DNA from: Euryarchaeota archaeon UBA443
GTDB taxonomy: Archaea; Thermoplasmatota; Poseidoniia; Poseidoniales; Poseidoniaceae
Length of the DNA: 64,000 nucleotides
Direction of reading: 5' to 3'
Assembly: GCA_002499195.1 (NCBI GenBank)
Contig: DAKS01000022.1
Span: forward strand, 2,097 to 66,096
Part shown: positions 8,885 to 18,045 of the stretch, in pieces
Numbering within the stretch: the stretch's first letter is position 1
How the letters are laid out: every line of letters begins with the position of its first letter
The notes under the pieces: model-generated
Seen by the model: only the letters and a program-made list of their open reading frames with translations
Databases searched by the model: none
What the model was told of the DNA's origin: nothing
Program-made: the position numbers and the translations under genes

Positions 8885-11800
8885 ATGAGAAACAGTACCA
8901 CAAACCGAAATGTCTTCACTGCAGTGACATTGATTCTGATGTTCCTTTTCGCTGATGTATTCGTTCCTTCTGCTTTCCCAGCACCGGAACTTTTGGAAGA
9001 AGAATCATCCGTTCAGCATGTCATTTCCACCATCAACCCATCTCTGGACACGTACATTGATTCGGATTATCCAAACGATGACTATGCGGGTGAAGACACT
9101 GGTCTTCTTGGAATCGCGGGGACCAGCGATTCCCGTCTCTTGATATCCTTCCCGCTGAACTTTGCTTCGACAGATACAATCCACTCGGCCCGTTTGGATC
9201 TTGTCTGTTCGAACAGTGGAGCAACGAATGGTCTTGCGGTTTATCCTGCTTCGACCAGCGTTGCTTGGGATGAAAATGCAACATGGAACTCACGCGATGG
9301 AATACTCATGTGGGGCGAGCCAGGAGCAGATGATGGTGCCGACCGTTCCGATTGGGAGCCTCCTATCGTCACATCTCCACTCGGACCTTCCGGTGGTTCT
9401 TCTAACGTTCAATTGAACGTGACTGCTCTTGCTCAGAGCGCTGTTGCTTCCAGCGCTTCTGCTTTGGAAATTCTAGTTTCAGCGTATGGTTCACAATACG
9501 ATTGTGCGATGAATGAATCTCTAAACATAGCTGAAAGACCGAGTCTGCGAGTCGATTCCTCGACGACAACTGCAGGTTCGGGAGGCCTCATCACGCCTAA
9601 CTTTGTTGAAGACGGGGCCCCTCTCATGTCAGGAGATTTCTATCTCTCTGCTGATTTGACTCCTAGCATGACATGGACATCCTATTCAGGTATTATGGCT
9701 GAAGTTCAACTCTCACTCAGTGATGGTTTCAAGAGCGATCAAGACAATTACAATTGGCTCTACAATTCAGATATCCATACATCGAGTTTTACCTTGTCAG
9801 GAACCACAGGTTCACTTGATATTCCTTCCTCTGATGCTTTTGAAAATGGAACATTTATGCATTACAGAATGCGAGCAATGGACTCAACAGGAACCCTAAG
9901 TTCGTGGACAAGTGGTCATTTCTTCTTACCAAATCATGATGTTACATTGAACGATGACGGTACTGCTTCGATTGCAGTTGATCTTGACGATCTGTCTACT
10001 GATTTTGTCTTTATTGAAGATGCTGTAGCTGATGAACATAGTAAGAATACAAATTATGGTTCCTCAGCCACATTGGAGGCCAAGTTATCTTCTAACAAGG
10101 AGTCTATACCTCATTTCAGATTGTCATTCGATGCATTAGGAATGCATTCAAATGCAACAATTCTTGATGCTTCATTGAATCTAACCCGCTCCACTTCTAG
10201 TGGTTCAGCAACATTGGCATTACATGAAATGGATAATGATGGATCATGGATTGAAGGTGAACTTACATGGTTGCGAAAGAAAACCAATCAATGGTGGAAA
10301 AGCGGAGGTAGAGGATTGCTTAGTCATGCGAGTGATTCTGGAGTTATGGGATCACAGATTGATGATGACTTTTCGTTCGATTTGACCTCAGTATTACAAC
10401 AACATGTCGATAATGGGAATACGGGTGTAATAGATTTAGCAATAACGGCACGTTCTCAAAACGGTGCTTACGCCGCTAATAATGGCGTGGATTCGGTTAC
10501 ATTCCACTCTTCAGATGCGGTCAATGACGGTGATAAACCATACCTCTACATCAAGTACGACTGGTCAACACCTGTCACGGTTGCACCATCATTCACCTCT
10601 CCATGGGATGGAGAAACATTGTGGAACCAGACCGGACACAATTTCACTGGAAATACAACGCCAACACTTACGTGGGCAGCGTCAACTTCATCTTCCTATG
10701 ATATGATTTTCGAACTATCGACCGACTCGTTATTCCACGACCGAGTTGCACTAATCGATACACGCATTGACACTGATTTTGCCCCTTCAGATGGAGAATT
10801 AAGTTTCACAGGTTCTGAGAGTCTAGAATCAGGCCACATGTACAACTGGCGAATGCTTCACGTCGATTCTGACGGTCGTCATGGAGAATGGTCGTATTCA
10901 TCATTCCTCATCAGCGGTCTGAATTCAACTTGGCTTGGCGGAGATCGATATGAGTTCCGATTGAAACAAGGGAATGCGAGTTCCGATGGACTCCATCCTG
11001 CATGTGATGACACCTATATTGATTCAGGAATGCCAAATTCAAACTATGGCTCAGAGACAGAATTGCAGGTTTCCTACAACACAATTCCTTCCGAAACCAC
11101 AGTATTGTTTGGATGTGATCTATCGACTACATTCCTACCATCCGGTTACGCAGTTGAATCAGCTAACCTCGAATTCCATCTGAGTGACTTCCCCTTCGGA
11201 ACTCCTGTTGTTGGTGCATGGGAAAACACACAACACGGTTGGACTGAAGATGGTGCAACATGGGCAACATACGATGGTACGAACACATGGAACAGCGTAG
11301 GTGCAAAGGGAAGCGAACGATCATCGCTCCTCGATTCTGTCAGCATTGGTTCTGGATTCACATCAAGTTCTTCGGTGAATTGGAACGTTACATTGGCGGT
11401 TCAGAATGCAATGCGTGATAATCACTCAGCGGATTTCATTCTTGGAATAGTTGGCGCAGGTAGTGGACAAATCCGTGACGTTCTTTTCCATCCAGGTACT
11501 GCTGTAGAAACAAAGCGACCTGAACTTTCATTCGTTTACGTCCCCGGATCAAACGCAATTCCAATCGAACCGATGCCAGTCTTACCTCTTAATGGAACTT
11601 GGAGTGTTGCGCCTGGTATCAACCCAGAACCGGTTCACCGTCCATTGATGAACTGGACGCATTCATCCGCTGTCAGCATCAGCGGCTATGCTATACAAAT
11701 GGATACGGTTCAATCCTTCGATAGTAACGACATGAGCATCGAAACATCGTGGTCAAATTCTGGATTTGATCTGACAAATAATTCTTTCACTCCGACGTCA

Positions 11801-14800
11801 GATTTGGATGATGGAAAGACTTGGTATTGGCGTGTTCGTGCCATTTCCGCGACCAACCAACTCGGAAATTGGTCAGAAACCTTCCACTTCAATCTCCCTT
11901 CACTGGTGACTTGGAACCTGTCATCAACCAGTGCAGCAGTTGAAATCAGACATCATGAAGCAATGCCAAATCTGCAACTTCCACACTTCATTGATACGTG
12001 GGTTGCAGAAGGTGGTGTTGAAGGTCAACAAAATCACTCCACATCCACATCGCTCAAGGTTGGCGAATTAGGAAGTGGTTACCATACAAGTGCTCTACTC
12101 AAGATTCCATTGAATCAACTACCAACGCCGAGCAATGCTCGAGTAACTAATGCCGAACTCAATATGTGGGCTCAAGCGGGTTCAGATACCAACGTGCAAG
12201 TAGCGGTCCGCCCAGTCTTGCAAACATGGACCACAGGACTCAACAACTCGACCTATGATGGAACCAATAGTTGGTCTGCTGACGGTGGCCGAGCAATTGG
12301 TACGGATGTTGGTTCATTGAGTGATCTCAGTGCATCTGATTCAGCTGATTGGATGGATTGGGATGTAACAGAATTGGTTCAAGCCGCAATGGCAAATGGG
12401 GACTCCTACCTCTCTATCGCTCTGATGACAAGTGATTCATCTGATGCTCTCATCACGTTCACAAGTACGGACGGTTTAGCGACTCAACAACCATGGTTGA
12501 ATCTTACATGGACCGACGGTACGGCATCGATTCCAACGGTTGCTGCAAGCAATGCTTTGCCGCTCGATGGCACAATCTCATGGGATTTGAGTGGACATGT
12601 TCCCGAGCCATCAACTCGACCTGTTATGTCTTGGACACACTCCAACGCTGCAAACATTGATGATTGGAAGGTATTCATTCAAAACGATCCAACGGACATC
12701 ATGGAAGGATTCACAATTTACGATTCTCGAGTTGATAGTGCACTGTTCGATGTTCAAAGCCTATCATTCCAACCGTCCAGTGATCTATCGACCAATCAAA
12801 GCATTCGATGGTTTGTTCAACCGGTCAACGATGAAATGCTTGGTCCTCGCTCGTCCAGTTCAATCTTCCACATTCCACACGATATTGGAAATGAAATCAA
12901 CAGTACTTGGGGCTACATCAACGTCTCAGAGGGTGGTTTCCTGCCCGACTTGAATGAACCATCAGGTTTCATCGTCGATACGACACTTGATTCATCTGCT
13001 GCAAATGCAAATCTCTACAATTCTGGAACCATAAACGTGGGTCGATCATTCTACAGCGGCGGTCAGTCTCAACGTTCCTCGTTCATTGTTTCCGTTGATT
13101 TGACAAAACTACCTATCAATGGAACCTACGAAATTATGGATGCCTTCTTCACGATGAATACGAAATCCACTAGTTATGGCGAGGTCTTTTGGACTCCATC
13201 GCTGATCAACACTGCCTTCGATGGTGATGCCAACTGGAACAATGCAACTAATTCAACCCAATGGAATACTCCAGGTGCTTATCACTCGACGGACACGGAT
13301 ATTCCGTTTTATGCAAGTGAAGAGATTTTTTGGGACGACCCATACCAAATCGGTGACATCACTGGTTTGCTGCAGCAAGCGGTTGCAAACGGAGCGACGA
13401 GTCTTGACTTCCTCGTACAAGCTGAAGAAAACGACAGCAGTGTTGATGGTAGGATTGACATGTATTCAAGTAATGAAGTAAGCGCAGACCTCCGCCCATC
13501 ACTCAATATCACGTACAGAATGACCAACCCTTACATCGCATCAAGTCCAACAGGTTTGATTCCTGCCGACGGAGCGGCCCTCTGGAATCTTTCAGAGCCC
13601 CGGCCTTCTGGAGCAGATGAAGTGAACTTAACTTGGACTCCTCCGTCCTCAAATGAGTCAGGATATATCCTATGTTTTGCTGGAGATCAGAGAATGGTAC
13701 GGAGTTCCGGTTGTATCGATCTGGGTGATTCTACACAACTCAGCGAAAATGATCTCATTTGGGATGCAGCCAATACAACGTTGTTGCTCCAAGAGGTTGA
13801 AGATACAGGTGATACCTGGGTTTATTGGAGAACATTGTCCTACCAAGGTGTCGTTGACGATTACTATCGCTTCGGTGAATGGTCACAAGTCAATAAATTC
13901 CGTATTCCAGAAGATCAAGGCTCTGATGATGGAGCAGGCAATCACACCGTGAACCTCTCAAGCGGCTCGATTTTCGAAGATACTGGTCTTTTACCTGGCG
14001 CTCCAGATGCGTATACTATCTCCTCAGCACTCAACACCAACTATGGAGGAAGTACTACACTGAAACTTGGAGCAGGCTCATCTGGAGATCATGAGATTTT
14101 CATCGAATTTGATCTATCACAGATGCCTTGGCCAAGTGCGATGACGCCAACATCAACCATGCTTCGATTGTATCGATCTCAGGTCGCTGGCGTGTCTCCT
14201 TTGACTGTTAGCGCACACGCTTGTTCGACTTTTAATGAAGCGAGCGTGACAGCGCTTCAACCACCGACCTGTAGTGCAACAGAGATTACTCGTTCAACGC
14301 TCTCTGTGACACCTCCATCAGGATGGCTTGAATGGGATATTACGTCACTTGCACAGTCGAACATTGCCAATGGAAACATGACGATGACCATCCAACTCAA
14401 GGCCGTAGGAACTGGAAGTAGTTTGCACACATTTACTTCCGGAGAGTCTTCTTCTGAATCTTTGCGACCTACTCTGAGAATCGACTATGTGGACAATGTT
14501 GCAGGTGTTGTGCCTCCAGCACAACCGGTTCTTCTTTCACCGCTTGATGGTGCTGTTCTCTACGATACGACAACCAACCTCCTAGATTCACTTGACAAAC
14601 CGGTTCTAAACTGGAACACCGTTTCGGGTGCCACTGGATACATTGTCACAATACGCAATGCTTCAGGACAGTATACGTTCAAGTCAGCGACTTCGAGTCA
14701 AATCACTGGAACGAGTTTCACCTTTGCTGATAACGTAGCTCCAGGCTCCACCTTTGAATGGTGGGTCCAAGCGATCAATGGTTCGATTCCAGGTCCATCC

Positions 14801-17800
14801 TCTTCTCGATGGATAGTTGGAATAGGTGACCCACAAACATCGGATAACAACGACCACACATGGACATATGAATTCCAAACAGGTAACGAAATCGAAGAAC
14901 TTGCACATACCAATATTCAAGATGTTTCGATCTTCAGTGGCCTTCCAGATACGAATCTCGATGGTAACGCTAACGTCATTGGTATTGATGCTGCTCAAGA
15001 TGAATACCGAATGTTGCTTAGTGTCGATTTCGGTCAAATACCATTCAACCCAAGCATGAATGTCCACTCGGTTGACATTGAGATGTATCTTGAGGATCTC
15101 AATCATGGTGCAGGTGCTACTGGAATGACCTTCACTGTTCATCGAATCCTTACCACAGGATGGTCGGAAACAACTGCGACTTGGAATGGTACAGGTAGTA
15201 CGGCATGGAGTGCAGCGGGCATGCAAGCTGGTGTCGACTATGATGCAACACCAATCGATACGGTATTCATCAGTAATTCACAGTCGATCGATACATGGAT
15301 TCCATTCAATTTGGGTCATCGTATGATGTATATCGATGGACTCCACAGTTGGATCATTATCGGAACACCAACCCAAGGTTGGATGGAAGCGGACTTTGCA
15401 GACAATAGCGCTACCGATGCTTCACTTCGTCCTCTACTACAGATGAATTACACCGATATTGATTCGGTCACAATCTCTCCAACAGCAACCACGACTGACG
15501 CAGATTCGACCGTTCAATTCAGTGCCTCTACCTTTGATTACAACTCATTGGTTGCTAGTGTACCAGTCGTTTGGTCAGTAAGTAGCGGTTCGATCGATTC
15601 AACAGGATTGTTCACGCCAACGACTGTTGGAACACACACAGTTAGCGCTTGTTTTGGTGTCATCTGCGAAGATGAGACGGTCACCGTATCACCCGGTGCA
15701 CCTGTAGATTTGAGTGTCACACCGCTTTCAGCGACGATTACAACAGATCAAACATTACAACTGACTGCTAACGTGATCGATCAGAACGGAAACACCGTGC
15801 CGGGTGAAAGCATCACCTTTACTCCGAGCAATGGGACGATGGGCGGAACCTTTGGCGACGTCTTCCAGCCGTATACTGTTGGAGGTCAGACCGTTACAGT
15901 TACATGGGGTACAACCTCGATTATCGTCAATATTCTCGTCGAGTTGGGCGCTCCAACTGACATAGAATTAACGGGATGCAGTGGAGTTGTTCCAGCAGGT
16001 ACTGAATGTGAAATCACAACAACGTTGTACGACCAATTTGGAAACATCATACCTCTCACTGAAGCAGGTGCCTTATCCTACACTGTCAACGATGGCCTCT
16101 ACAGTGAAGCGACCAATATGTACTTCGCTGATAACGTAGGAACGTGGCAACTTTCAGTCAACTCAGCCATCGGTCTAGTAGATTCGATAACGATTCAGAC
16201 AGGTCATGGACAAATGGCGTCACTGGAGATTATTCCATCCGCATGGGACATCACCGCTGACGATGTGATATTCCTTAACACCACGAGAATCGATGTTCAA
16301 GGCAACCGACTTTCGGTTGTTTTGCCACTTGAAAATTGGACATCAATTTCGGATGGAGCATTGAATATTACACTGGACCATCCGGTCCAATGGATTCCAA
16401 ATGGATTGGGTGGACGTGTCATCTCTGCACAGTATGAAACCATCTTTGAGTCGATTACAATCAACGTCACTAAGGGTGTCATGGTCGACATGGTTCTCAT
16501 TGTTGATTCTCAAGACGCGGATGGAGCGACCTATGGCATGACTTCCGATGAGACATTGGTTGTCAAGGCTAAGGCAAGTGATGGAAAAGGCAATCGCTGG
16601 ACCATTGATGTCAACTGGACGGTTGCTCATCCGGATTGGAGTGAACAATCGGTCTTACTCTACCCACTTTCTGATGAAACTGAATTCATGCCAATTCTCT
16701 CTTCATCCACAGCCTATGTGGTTCGAGCCGAGTACACATTTGATGGTCAGTTGTTCAGCGAAGTGGTAAATGTGGAAGTTTCAGAAGGTATCATTCAAGT
16801 CTTTACGATGAACACAATCGCTTCCAATGGCGATACAGGAACGGTTTACAACATCAGTGCTGATCATTCGATTGACTTCTCCGTTTCCTTGAGCGATGGT
16901 GACTTGAATCCTCTCGATTATGATGTCTTGACATGGTTGTTTGAAGATACTGATTCAGGTGAGGTAACCGATTTCACAACAGATTTTGTTGCAAATGGCT
17001 ACCAATGGGAAGCAACAACTGTTGGAAACTATCGTATCTTGGCTTATGTCGAGAATGCAGATGGATTCAACTACACTCGTTCGGTTGATATCTCGGTCTA
17101 TCATGGAGTCGCAGTTTCACTCGACCACGAACTCAACACTTTTGACGAAGATGCTGGAGATGATATTGACATTGCCATCACAGGTACTGACAGCGATGGA
17201 AACACTTTCCCTCAAGATGTTGAGTGGAACGAGGATGGTTCAACATCAGACCGTATTATTCCAGGCGATAATCCTGGGACTTACGTGTACAAATCAGAAG
17301 CTGCTGGAGATCACGTTATGGAATACTCAACTCCGGGTGCTTCAAACACATTTGAGTTGAAGATTTCACCACAGATGATTGTTGACTTTATCGAAGTTGA
17401 ACTGTCAGCAGTCACTGTTGAGCAACAGGCTTCAATCGAGGTAACCGTCCAAGCCTTCGACCGATTTGCAAATCCGATACCTGTTCCAAGCAGTGCGCGC
17501 GTCGATGCAACTGGACGCGGTACCGTCGAGAGTACAGGACAGGGTACTTGGAAGGTTACTACCTTGGACAGTGGCCCTCAAACCATTACCGTTTCAGCCG
17601 GTCAAGTTAGTGAAAACTACGAAATTGAGGTTACTGGTACCTTTGGTGGATTCTTTGCTGCAGGTGGTACAATCTATTACATCGGTGCAGTTCTACTCGG
17701 TTTAATCATCGTTATTGTTCTCGTTCTTCTTGTCATGGCGCTTCGTTCAGGTCGCGATGATGATGATTGGGACGATGATTACGACGATGACGATGATGAT

Positions 17801-18037
17801 TATGACGAACCACGAACTGCTCGAGGACCATCAGGTCCAGCACCTGGTCCAAGCGGTCCCGCGCCTGGTACAGGTCCATCAGGACCGCCTCCAGTTGAAG
17901 AGGAGGAAAAAGAAGACACCAGTTGGATCGTCGAACAACGTACCGATGATGATGGAACCGAATGGGCTCAAAGCGAAGATGGAACTTGGTACTACCGTGA
18001 ACCGGATCAAAGCGATTGGGTTGAATGGGAAGATTAG
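8885..18037 (+). CDS. giant (3050 aa) surface protein: signal/anchor, 7 x (carbohydrate-binding-like + FN3-like) modules, Ig-like (Big_2-type) array, TM, acidic/Pro-rich/Trp-rich cytoplasmic tail
   Basis: Uninterrupted 9.15-kb ORF. N-terminal hydrophobic segment VFTAVTLILMFLFADVFV. Seven modules end in RPSLRVD, KPYLYIKY, RPELSFVY, QPWLNLTW, RPSLNITY, RPTLRIDY and RPLLQMNY. Big_2-like repeats, for example VTISPTATTTDADSTVQFSAS...VVWSVSSGSIDSTGLFTPTTVGTHTVSA. TM YYIGAVLLGLIIVIVLVLLVMAL. Confidence 0.85.
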   Translation: MRNSTTNRNVFTAVTLILMFLFADVFVPSAFPAPELLEEESSVQHVISTINPSLDTYIDSDYPNDDYAGEDTGLLGIAGTSDSRLLISFPLNFASTDTIHSARLDLVCSNSGATNGLAVYPASTSVAWDENATWNSRDGILMWGEPGADDGADRSDWEPPIVTSPLGPSGGSSNVQLNVTALAQSAVASSASALEILVSAYGSQYDCAMNESLNIAERPSLRVDSSTTTAGSGGLITPNFVEDGAPLMSGDFYLSADLTPSMTWTSYSGIMAEVQLSLSDGFKSDQDNYNWLYNSDIHTSSFTLSGTTGSLDIPSSDAFENGTFMHYRMRAMDSTGTLSSWTSGHFFLPNHDVTLNDDGTASIAVDLDDLSTDFVFIEDAVADEHSKNTNYGSSATLEAKLSSNKESIPHFRLSFDALGMHSNATILDASLNLTRSTSSGSATLALHEMDNDGSWIEGELTWLRKKTNQWWKSGGRGLLSHASDSGVMGSQIDDDFSFDLTSVLQQHVDNGNTGVIDLAITARSQNGAYAANNGVDSVTFHSSDAVNDGDKPYLYIKYDWSTPVTVAPSFTSPWDGETLWNQTGHNFTGNTTPTLTWAASTSSSYDMIFELSTDSLFHDRVALIDTRIDTDFAPSDGELSFTGSESLESGHMYNWRMLHVDSDGRHGEWSYSSFLISGLNSTWLGGDRYEFRLKQGNASSDGLHPACDDTYIDSGMPNSNYGSETELQVSYNTIPSETTVLFGCDLSTTFLPSGYAVESANLEFHLSDFPFGTPVVGAWENTQHGWTEDGATWATYDGTNTWNSVGAKGSERSSLLDSVSIGSGFTSSSSVNWNVTLAVQNAMRDNHSADFILGIVGAGSGQIRDVLFHPGTAVETKRPELSFVYVPGSNAIPIEPMPVLPLNGTWSVAPGINPEPVHRPLMNWTHSSAVSISGYAIQMDTVQSFDSNDMSIETSWSNSGFDLTNNSFTPTSDLDDGKTWYWRVRAISATNQLGNWSETFHFNLPSLVTWNLSSTSAAVEIRHHEAMPNLQLPHFIDTWVAEGGVEGQQNHSTSTSLKVGELGSGYHTSALLKIPLNQLPTPSNARVTNAELNMWAQAGSDTNVQVAVRPVLQTWTTGLNNSTYDGTNSWSADGGRAIGTDVGSLSDLSASDSADWMDWDVTELVQAAMANGDSYLSIALMTSDSSDALITFTSTDGLATQQPWLNLTWTDGTASIPTVAASNALPLDGTISWDLSGHVPEPSTRPVMSWTHSNAANIDDWKVFIQNDPTDIMEGFTIYDSRVDSALFDVQSLSFQPSSDLSTNQSIRWFVQPVNDEMLGPRSSSSIFHIPHDIGNEINSTWGYINVSEGGFLPDLNEPSGFIVDTTLDSSAANANLYNSGTINVGRSFYSGGQSQRSSFIVSVDLTKLPINGTYEIMDAFFTMNTKSTSYGEVFWTPSLINTAFDGDANWNNATNSTQWNTPGAYHSTDTDIPFYASEEIFWDDPYQIGDITGLLQQAVANGATSLDFLVQAEENDSSVDGRIDMYSSNEVSADLRPSLNITYRMTNPYIASSPTGLIPADGAALWNLSEPRPSGADEVNLTWTPPSSNESGYILCFAGDQRMVRSSGCIDLGDSTQLSENDLIWDAANTTLLLQEVEDTGDTWVYWRTLSYQGVVDDYYRFGEWSQVNKFRIPEDQGSDDGAGNHTVNLSSGSIFEDTGLLPGAPDAYTISSALNTNYGGSTTLKLGAGSSGDHEIFIEFDLSQMPWPSAMTPTSTMLRLYRSQVAGVSPLTVSAHACSTFNEASVTALQPPTCSATEITRSTLSVTPPSGWLEWDITSLAQSNIANGNMTMTIQLKAVGTGSSLHTFTSGESSSESLRPTLRIDYVDNVAGVVPPAQPVLLSPLDGAVLYDTTTNLLDSLDKPVLNWNTVSGATGYIVTIRNASGQYTFKSATSSQITGTSFTFADNVAPGSTFEWWVQAINGSIPGPSSSRWIVGIGDPQTSDNNDHTWTYEFQTGNEIEELAHTNIQDVSIFSGLPDTNLDGNANVIGIDAAQDEYRMLLSVDFGQIPFNPSMNVHSVDIEMYLEDLNHGAGATGMTFTVHRILTTGWSETTATWNGTGSTAWSAAGMQAGVDYDATPIDTVFISNSQSIDTWIPFNLGHRMMYIDGLHSWIIIGTPTQGWMEADFADNSATDASLRPLLQMNYTDIDSVTISPTATTTDADSTVQFSASTFDYNSLVASVPVVWSVSSGSIDSTGLFTPTTVGTHTVSACFGVICEDETVTVSPGAPVDLSVTPLSATITTDQTLQLTANVIDQNGNTVPGESITFTPSNGTMGGTFGDVFQPYTVGGQTVTVTWGTTSIIVNILVELGAPTDIELTGCSGVVPAGTECEITTTLYDQFGNIIPLTEAGALSYTVNDGLYSEATNMYFADNVGTWQLSVNSAIGLVDSITIQTGHGQMASLEIIPSAWDITADDVIFLNTTRIDVQGNRLSVVLPLENWTSISDGALNITLDHPVQWIPNGLGGRVISAQYETIFESITINVTKGVMVDMVLIVDSQDADGATYGMTSDETLVVKAKASDGKGNRWTIDVNWTVAHPDWSEQSVLLYPLSDETEFMPILSSSTAYVVRAEYTFDGQLFSEVVNVEVSEGIIQVFTMNTIASNGDTGTVYNISADHSIDFSVSLSDGDLNPLDYDVLTWLFEDTDSGEVTDFTTDFVANGYQWEATTVGNYRILAYVENADGFNYTRSVDISVYHGVAVSLDHELNTFDEDAGDDIDIAITGTDSDGNTFPQDVEWNEDGSTSDRIIPGDNPGTYVYKSEAAGDHVMEYSTPGASNTFELKISPQMIVDFIEVELSAVTVEQQASIEVTVQAFDRFANPIPVPSSARVDATGRGTVESTGQGTWKVTTLDSGPQTITVSAGQVSENYEIEVTGTFGGFFAAGGTIYYIGAVLLGLIIVIVLVLLVMALRSGRDDDDWDDDYDDDDDDYDEPRTARGPSGPAPGPSGPAPGTGPSGPPPVEEEEKEDTSWIVEQRTDDDGTEWAQSEDGTWYYREPDQSDWVEWED
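17756..17893 (+). repeat. coding low-complexity tract: poly-Asp (GAT/GAC) followed by GPSGPAPGPSGPAPGTGPSGPPP
   Basis: Read directly from the sequence. It encodes DDDDWDDDYDDDDDDYDE and then three GPxGPxP-type units, immediately after the TM helix of the giant protein. Confidence 0.8.
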
Positions 18038-18045
18038 GTGAAAGC

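Noticed and set aside
14684-15226. 180-aa antisense ORF inside the giant gene. Similar antisense or alternate-frame ORFs lie at 19564..20067, 46005..46547, 58946..59494, 16343..16648 and 2841..3215.
   Set aside because: All lie wholly within long, motif-supported CDSs on the opposite strand or in another frame. They have low-complexity or Cys/Arg/Ser-rich composition and no recognisable domains, as expected for shadow ORFs.
17821-17893. Short tandem nucleotide repeats (GGTCCAGCACCTGGTCCAAGCGGTCCCGCGCCTGG...), considered as a possible CRISPR or satellite
   Set aside because: They are in frame and coding (GPSGPAPGPSGPAPG), with no spacer architecture. No CRISPR-like array was seen anywhere in the window.
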